64,000 bases of DNA. It comes from Octopus sinensis. Taxonomy: Eukaryota. A model generated the notes under the pieces. That model saw nothing but the letters and a program-made list of their open reading frames with translations. It was not told where the DNA came from and did not search any database. Made by a program: the position numbers and the translations under genes. Positions 57,446-64,000 of this stretch are shown in pieces (the stretch's first letter is position 1; each line of letters starts with the position of its first letter). The stretch covers positions 6,200,001 to 6,264,000 of the forward strand of contig NC_042999.1 of NCBI RefSeq assembly GCF_006345805.1, given 5' to 3'.

Positions 57446-59595
57446 CAAAAATACTGTCCTTTCTTGAATATTTAAATGGCCACGATCACATAAAAGCACC
57501 AACTGATCGTGGCCGTTTGCAAGCCTCATGTGGGCCCCATGCTGGTGGCACGTAAAAAGCACCCACTACACTCACGGAGCGGAAGGGCATCCAGCTGTAG
57601 AAACACTGCCAGATCAGACTGGAGCCTGGTGCAGCCTCCTGGATTCCCAGACCCCGGTCGAACCGTCCAACCCGAGCTAGCATGGAAAACGGACGTTAAA
57701 CGATGATGATGATGGAGCTAAACTAAAAGATACTCACTTGATATCAAAAACTTTGACTTTTCATTTTCTTCTTTTTCTTTCTTTTGACCTTAAAATAAAA
57801 AAGAAATATATATATATATGAATATGTTATTGTTACTAGTTGAGGAACTAAAGTTTAATTACTAAATATAGCCACACCATGGCTGCGTGGCAAAACGTTT
57901 GTTTCTCAACAACATGGTTCCAGGTTCGGTCCTACTGCATGGCACCTTGGGCAAGTGTCTTCTAATGATAGACTGGAGCCAGTTAGTGTTATGATTAGAT
58001 CTGATAGATGGAAACTGAAAGAAGCCTGTTGTGTGTGCGTGTATATTTGTCCTCTCACAATGGCTGTCAAACAGTGTCGGTTTGTTTATGTCCTTGTAAC
58101 TTAGTGGTTGGGCAAAAGAGAATGATTGAAGAAGTACCAGGCTTAGAAAAAAGTACTGGGTACAATTTATTTCATTCAACCCTTTCAAGGTAGTGCTCCA
58201 GCATGGCCGCTGTCCAATGACGGAACCATGGCCTTCATGATGGGATGCATTTTGGGGGGGCCATGGGTTTTTGTCTTTTTAAACTCAAAATGGGACAGAG
58301 AGCAAAAAAGACCATGTAGATTAAACAAAATTTCTACTGACTAATGATTAAAATGACAAAAAAAAAAAAAAGACTACAAAATGGATTAACCATTAATATT
58401 TAAACTAGTCAAAATGGATTACTTCCTAAAGAACACAGAGTCGCTTTCCCAGTTTCTCTGGGATGCCGGTCCTTCACAAGACCACCCGTTTTGCCAGCTG
58501 AGTGAACTGGACAAACATGAAATGAAGTGTTTAGCTAAAGAACACAACGCATTGCCCAGTCCAGGAATTGAAACCTCAATTTTACAATCATGAGCTCAAC
58601 ATCCAAACCATTAATCCACGTGCCAAAATATCTTACCTCTTTTATGTACCAATTTGGCCAGAATTGACCTCTCAGATAACCCTAACCCTAGAATGTCATT
58701 CTAAATATAAGCCAGTGGTTCCTAACCAGTTAACTATCAAGGTGTTGGGAAGGGCATCCAGCTGTAAAAAGCTTTTCTACTCTAGGCACAATGCCCAAAA
58801 TTTGGGGGCAGGAAGCTAGTCGATTTGATTGACCCCAAAAGGATAAAAGACAAAGTTGACCATGGCAGAATTTGAACTCAGAATGTAAAGAGACAAAATA
58901 CTGCTAAGCATTTCGCCTGGTGTACTAACGTTTCTGCCAGCTCACCGCCTTATCTTTGTATAATAACAGCTGAGATAGATGTTGGAGAATTGATTGGTAC
59001 AGGCTTCTGCCTGGCTGGCTCCTGTCAAACGGTCCCACCCATGCCAGTATGGAAGAGAGACATTAAATGATTATGATGATGAATGGTTATGAAAATGCAG
59101 GTGAAATGGAACCACCACCACTGACATAAACTCTACCTAATACAACAACTTCAACTATAAATAGTCCAAGTCCTATAATTTTTCTCTAAAAACAGTTATT
59201 CAGCAAAATCATCATCATCATTTAACGTCCGTTTTCCATGCTGGCATGGGTTGGACGGTTCGACCGGAATCTGGGAAGCCAGGAGGCTGCACCGGGCTCC
59301 AATCTTGATTTGGCAGTGTTTCTACAGCTGGATGCCCTTCCAAACGCCAACCACTCCGTGAGTGTAGTGGGTGTTTTTTACGTGCCAGGCGGGGCTGGCA
59401 AACGGCCACACATAATTGGCTGGTGCTTTTACGTGTCACCAACACGGACGCCAGTCAGGCGGCGCTGGCAACTGCCACGTTCGGACGGTGCTTTTAACGC
59501 GTCACCGGCACGGGGAGGGTATCTTAACTGCAATTTCCATTTGATTTTCATAAATGAAAACATTTAATCTCATTCTAATGTAAAAATCAACTCAC

Positions 59596-59799
59596 GTTCT
59601 TTCATTTTATTGTTCCCTTTGCTAGCATCGTCACTACTAACTGCGTAGTCACCATCACCAACGTCCATACTTCTTTCCAATTTCACATCAGCATCATTTT
59701 GCAATATTTCCTCTGCCTCCTCCTCCTCCACCTCCTCTTCATCCTTTTTGTGTTTTTTATGTTTCTTTTTCTTTTTCTTCACTGCCACCTCTCCATCAA
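59596..59799 (-). CDS. UBTF: UBF-like exon: (V)DGEVAVKKKKKKHKKHKKDEEEVEEEEAEE...NNKMKE
   Basis: tttgcag acceptor, gtgagt donor, 204 nt, phase 1-1. Basic cluster followed by acidic tract. Confidence 0.8.
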
Positions 59800-60361
59800 C
59801 TGCAAACAACAAAGCAATCAGATTTTACAGACAAAAAAGCTAATTCTATTCTGTAGCGAAATTCTAATGACCCTTGGTTCTAACGATGGTCCTATGGCTA
59901 CAATAAGTGCCTATTACAAGTTATAATTTTATTTGATTTTCATTTTGATGAATGAGTATTTATTAATCTAATCTTAATTCACTTTAATACTTCTACTAAT
60001 TTAGTAATTCAAGTAGTATTATCTGTAATGTAAGTACGACATTCTGGCCTTCCCTACTGAAGGTTGAGGGCAGTAATTCTTCAAGTGAGATGCTTCTCAA
60101 TTGAGCCAAATATTTAATATATTTCCAATGCTGGTGCCACATAAAAAGCATCAGTACACTTTGAGTAGTTGGCATGAGGAAGGGCATCCAGCCATAGAAA
60201 CCATGCCAGAAGAAACAATGGAGCCTGGTGTGCTCCCCCAGCCTTGCCAACCACCATCAAATCATCCATGCCAGCATAGAAAATGGACATATGATGATGA
60301 AGATATTGATGCCTGAGAAAAGTGGGATCTTTTCGATTTGGCTGCTAATTTCAATTTCATA

Positions 60362-60685
60362 TTCAGTTTAATGATACATTTTTATAGGGTAATCAATGCT
60401 ATGAAAATCATTTTCATTATAAATCAATAAATAAATAGTTATTAGCTAATAAAGTTTGAAAATTTTGGGTTCAGTGTAATGATACATTTTTATAGGGTAA
60501 TCAATGCCATGAAAATCATTTTCATTATAAATCAATAAATAAATAGTTATTAGCTAATAAAGTTTGAAAATTTTGGATTCAGTGTAATGATACATTTTTA
60601 TAAGGTAATCAATGCCATGAAAATCATTTTCATTATAAATCAATAAATAAACAGTTATTAGCTAATAAAGTTTGAAAATTTTGGG
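60362..60685. repeat. AT-rich tandem repeat, 3 x 108 bp
   Basis: Units start at 60362, 60470 and 60578 and differ by only a few substitutions. Confidence 0.92.
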
Positions 60686-61891
60686 TAATTTTAGCCAATC
60701 ATAAGCCACAGACGCATTCATGCCTGTTTCCATAGTAACCGGCAGAACATGAGAACTCTTTTGTCTGCGAGAAAGCACTCATTGACAGATATATTGAAAC
60801 CACTTGTTGACACTGTATTCTACTGTTTTACCCACCTGGAAATTTCACCATCCTGTTTGATTATAGCAGCAAGCTCTAGTAATCTCGCATCTATAATGGA
60901 GACACTGAGAGCAGAAGATCAAGGCATATTGAATGCTTAAAACTACAAAAGACGTGTTGTTTACTCATTTTCCACATGTACAATATAAATACTGACAACA
61001 TGTGCCATTTACAGGATGTTGACAAAATGTGCTGTCACACAAAATGACAGCTTCCAAATCCTGTTTCCTAACTGGGTGAAAATGATCAAACTTTAAACCT
61101 CTATAACTTTTTTTTACAAATTTTTCTGGAAAAAGTGAAATAAATCCAGCAATTCACCTTGGAAAACTACATTAATGTACCAAATTTTGAAATTTTCGAT
61201 ACATTTTAATTGCTGAAACCTTTGCAGCCAAATGGAAAAAATCCGAAACATATAATGTTATTAAAGAGATATTTTGTTGTGTCTAGAGAGAATCATTCTA
61301 GAAAAGAGAATGACTCTCCCCAGACACAACAAAACATGTGGTAAGTAGCTTGCTTACGAACCACATGGTTCCAGGTTCAGTCCCACTAGATGGCACCTTG
61401 GGCAAGTGTCTTCAACTATAGCCTCAGGCCAACCAACACCTTGTGAGTGGATTTGGTAGACGGAACGTGAAAGAAGCCTGTCGTATATATGTATGTGTGT
61501 GTATATTTTCGTGTGCTTTTTTGCGACCTTCCCCACCAACATCGCGTGACAACCGATGTTAGTGTGTTTATGTCCCCGTCACTTAGCGGTTCAGCAAAAG
61601 AGACCGATAGAATAAGTACTGGGCTTACAAAGAGTGAGCCCTGGGGTCGATTTGCTCGACTGAAGGGGGTGCTCCAGCATGGCCACAGTCACATGACTGA
61701 AACAAGTAAAAGAGTAGAAGAGAGAGCAGTACTTAACTGGTACTTGTTTTATTGACCCTGAAAGCCACCCACAGCAGAACTTGAACTCAGAATGTAGAGA
61801 TAGACAAAATACTAAGCATCCCCCACCACTAATACTGAAGCTTTAAAAATCTGAGGGAAAAACTGAGTATAATTACAACAACTATAATTAT

Positions 61892-62290
61892 AGGCGCAGG
61901 AGTGGCTGTGTGGTAAGTAGCTTGCTAACCAACCACATGGTTCCAGGTTCAGTCCCACTGCGTGGCATCTTGGGCAAGTGTCTTCTGCTATAGCCCCGGG
62001 CCGACCAATGCCTTGTGAGTGGATTTGGTAGACGGAAACTGAAAGAAGCCTGTCGTATATATGTATATATATATACATATATGTGTGTGTGTGTGTTTGT
62101 GTTTGTCCCCCTAGCATTGCTTGACAACCGATGCTGGTGTGTTTATGTCCCCGTCACTTAGCGGTTTGGCAAAAGAGACCGATAGAATAAGTACTGGGCT
62201 TACAAAGAATAAGTCCCGGGGTCGATTTGCTCGACTAAAGGCGGTGCTCCAGCATGGCCGCAGTCAAATGACTGAAACAAGTAAAAGAGT
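61892..62290 (+). mobile_element. tRNA-derived SINE family A (CORE-like body, central (TA)n/(CA)n), representative copy
   Basis: A box GGCTGTGTGGTAAG, B box GGTTCAGTCC, tail AAACAAGTAAAAGAGT. Other copies at 11400-11720(+), 15384-15811(-), 17488-17892(-), 25130-25450(-), 26595-27060(-), 27132-27522(+), 29834-30223(-), 34241-34615(-), 41224-41690(-), 42450-43200(+), 48244-50090(+, split by RTE), 57875-58230(+), 61335-61720(+). Confidence 0.88.
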
Positions 62291-62324
62291 AACTAAATCT
62301 GTAGAAAAACAAGCAAAAACTCAC

Positions 62325-62435
62325 CCTCGTCAACGTCATTGTCTTTGTTAACGACGTCTCCGGTGTTACTTTCTTCGTTTTCCTCTGCGATTGATCCATG
62401 TTTTTTACTCCTTCTTCTTTTCTTTTTCTTTGAAA
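62325..62435 (-). CDS. UBTF: UBF-like gene, first exon in window (5'-partial): SKKKKRRRSKKHGSIAEENEESNTGDVVNKDNDVDE
   Basis: ttctttcag acceptor, gtgagt donor, 111 nt, phase 1-1. In frame with the 59799 exon. Linked to the gene by phase and composition only. Confidence 0.7.
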
Positions 62436-64000
62436 CTGAAAGAAACAATTCATTAAATTACCATCTCATCTCACCCACAGCCCCCCCCCCCCATTACCCA
62501 TCGTAGATGGGGGAGCACTGGGAGTGAAGTGTGGACGACACCCTCCAGTCTCTTTTCCTTCATTGCTCCCACTGCTGCCACCCAGCCTTCTACCTCATTT
62601 TCTCTCAATGTCCTCTCCCCTACACCATTTTTACCTCATCAATTTCCACCCTTCCCCAACAACAACAGCAATAACCACCACTACCACCACCACCATCATC
62701 GTTTAATGTCCGTTTTCCATACTAGCATGGGTTGGACAGTTCAATTGGGGTATTTTGCAGAAAAATCTGTCAGTGGCCAGCAATGAGACTCGAACTCACA
62801 TCCTTGTGATTATGCATCAAGTGTTTTACCTTTAAGCTAAACTGCCCGTGAATTTCCATAATACAAAAGGACAACAATTTTGCTTTAAATTTCTTTTCCT
62901 TTTCTTTTATTTCTTAATCAAAATCAAAAGTGAAAATCAAAATTAAAATCGATCAACATCAATGGAAATTGTAGCTGTGATACCATAGCCGGTGGCACAT
63001 AAGAGAACCGTCGAACGTGGCCGTTGCCAGCGTCGTCCCGACTGGCTTCCATGCCGGTGGCATGTAAAAAGCACCATCCAATCATGGCCGTTAGCCAGCC
63101 TCAACTGGCACCTGTGCTGGTGGCACAAAAAAAGCACCCACTACACTCATGGAGTGGTTGGTGTTAGGAAGGGCATCCAGCCGTAGAAACATTGCCTGAT
63201 CAGACTGGGCCTGGTGCAGCCTTCTGGCTTCCCAGACCCCAGTTGCACCGTCCAACCCATGCCAGCATGGAAAGCGGACGCTAAATGATGATGATGATGA
63301 TTGCTTCATATAATTTCATTTTAAGTTTTATAAATATTTTTTTCCTGTATGAAATTAGTATTAATTTCATCATTTTGAATAAATGCCAAGAAATTTTGCT
63401 AAATGTTAAACCCTATTCATCATAAGTATACTATCACCTGATTGACCAGACTATTGGATCTTGTCATACCTCACTGGTCACAATGCACTTTGCATCATTT
63501 TAGCTTCCAAATGATGCCACCCCATTGGCTAAGTGAACAGGCTAATATTCCTCCTGATCAGAAGACCAGTCCATTGCAGCGTTACCCATTCAGAGTTTGT
63601 ATTACCCATGGTGGCAAAATTATACTCCTAAAGTTGACTGACGTAAGACGAGTAACTCTAATCATCATCATCATCATCGTTTAACGTCCGTTTTCCGCGC
63701 TAGCAAGGGTTGGACGGTTCGACCGGGGTCTGGGAAGCCAGGGGCTGCACCAGGCTCCAGTCTGATTTGGCAGTGTTTCTACGGCTGGATGCCCTTCCTA
63801 ACGCCAACCACTCCACAAGTGTAGTGGGTGCTTTTTACGTGCCACCTGCACAGGGGCCAGGGGGGGTCTGGCATCGGCCACGATCGGTTGGTGATTTTAA
63901 CGTGCCACCGGCACAGAAGCCAGTCGAGGCGGCGCTGGCATCGGCCACGTTCGGGTGGTGCTTTTTATGTGCCACCGGCAAAGAAGCCAGTCGAGGCGGC

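Noticed and set aside
63420-63660. First (ATG-containing) exon of the UBF-like gene
   Set aside because: ATG frames stop before any phase-1 donor, and part of the segment resembles a decayed SINE domain. The start exon is probably beyond the window.

Overview
AT-rich, repeat-dense eukaryotic DNA. The repeat families look to me like coleoid cephalopod (Octopus-type) DNA; this is recognition from memory, not a search result. Two convergent, 5'-incomplete, intron-rich genes were assembled by hand with consistent splice phases. (1) EEF1D (elongation factor 1-delta) on +: 7 exons, 987-24096, 230 aa in the window. (2) A UBF/UBTF-like nucleolar HMG-box gene on -: 14 exons, 62435-30758, about 454 aa in the window. 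It has three micro-exons (17, 18, 20 nt), only three HMG boxes, no C-terminal acidic tail, and a Lys-rich/acidic N-terminal extension. Much of the remainder is mobile DNA: tRNA-headed SINE families (ad hoc names A, B, D, E), about 35 RTE-LINE 3' ends whose UTR carries a variable hairpin repeat, two near-full-length dead mariners, Tc1/maT remnants, TTAA-bounded piggyBac-type MITEs, Helitron/Helentron-type non-autonomous elements, and CR1/RTE-X fragments. The most striking observation is family E, seen at three loci (25.5-26.2, 35.3-36.0, 40.85-41.2 kb). Each has two inverted arms carrying a minimal hammerhead-ribozyme motif (CTGATGA-A-helix II-GAAAC), a ~30-nt tail only on the downstream arm, and a tRNA-like Pol III head between the arms at two loci. 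This looks like a SINE built on, and probably mobilised by, Penelope-like retroelement machinery. A second hammerhead-bearing family lies at 26.83 kb. Most ORFs in the supplied track are repeat-derived artefacts. All coordinates were read by eye; repeat boundaries are approximate (about +/-10 nt).
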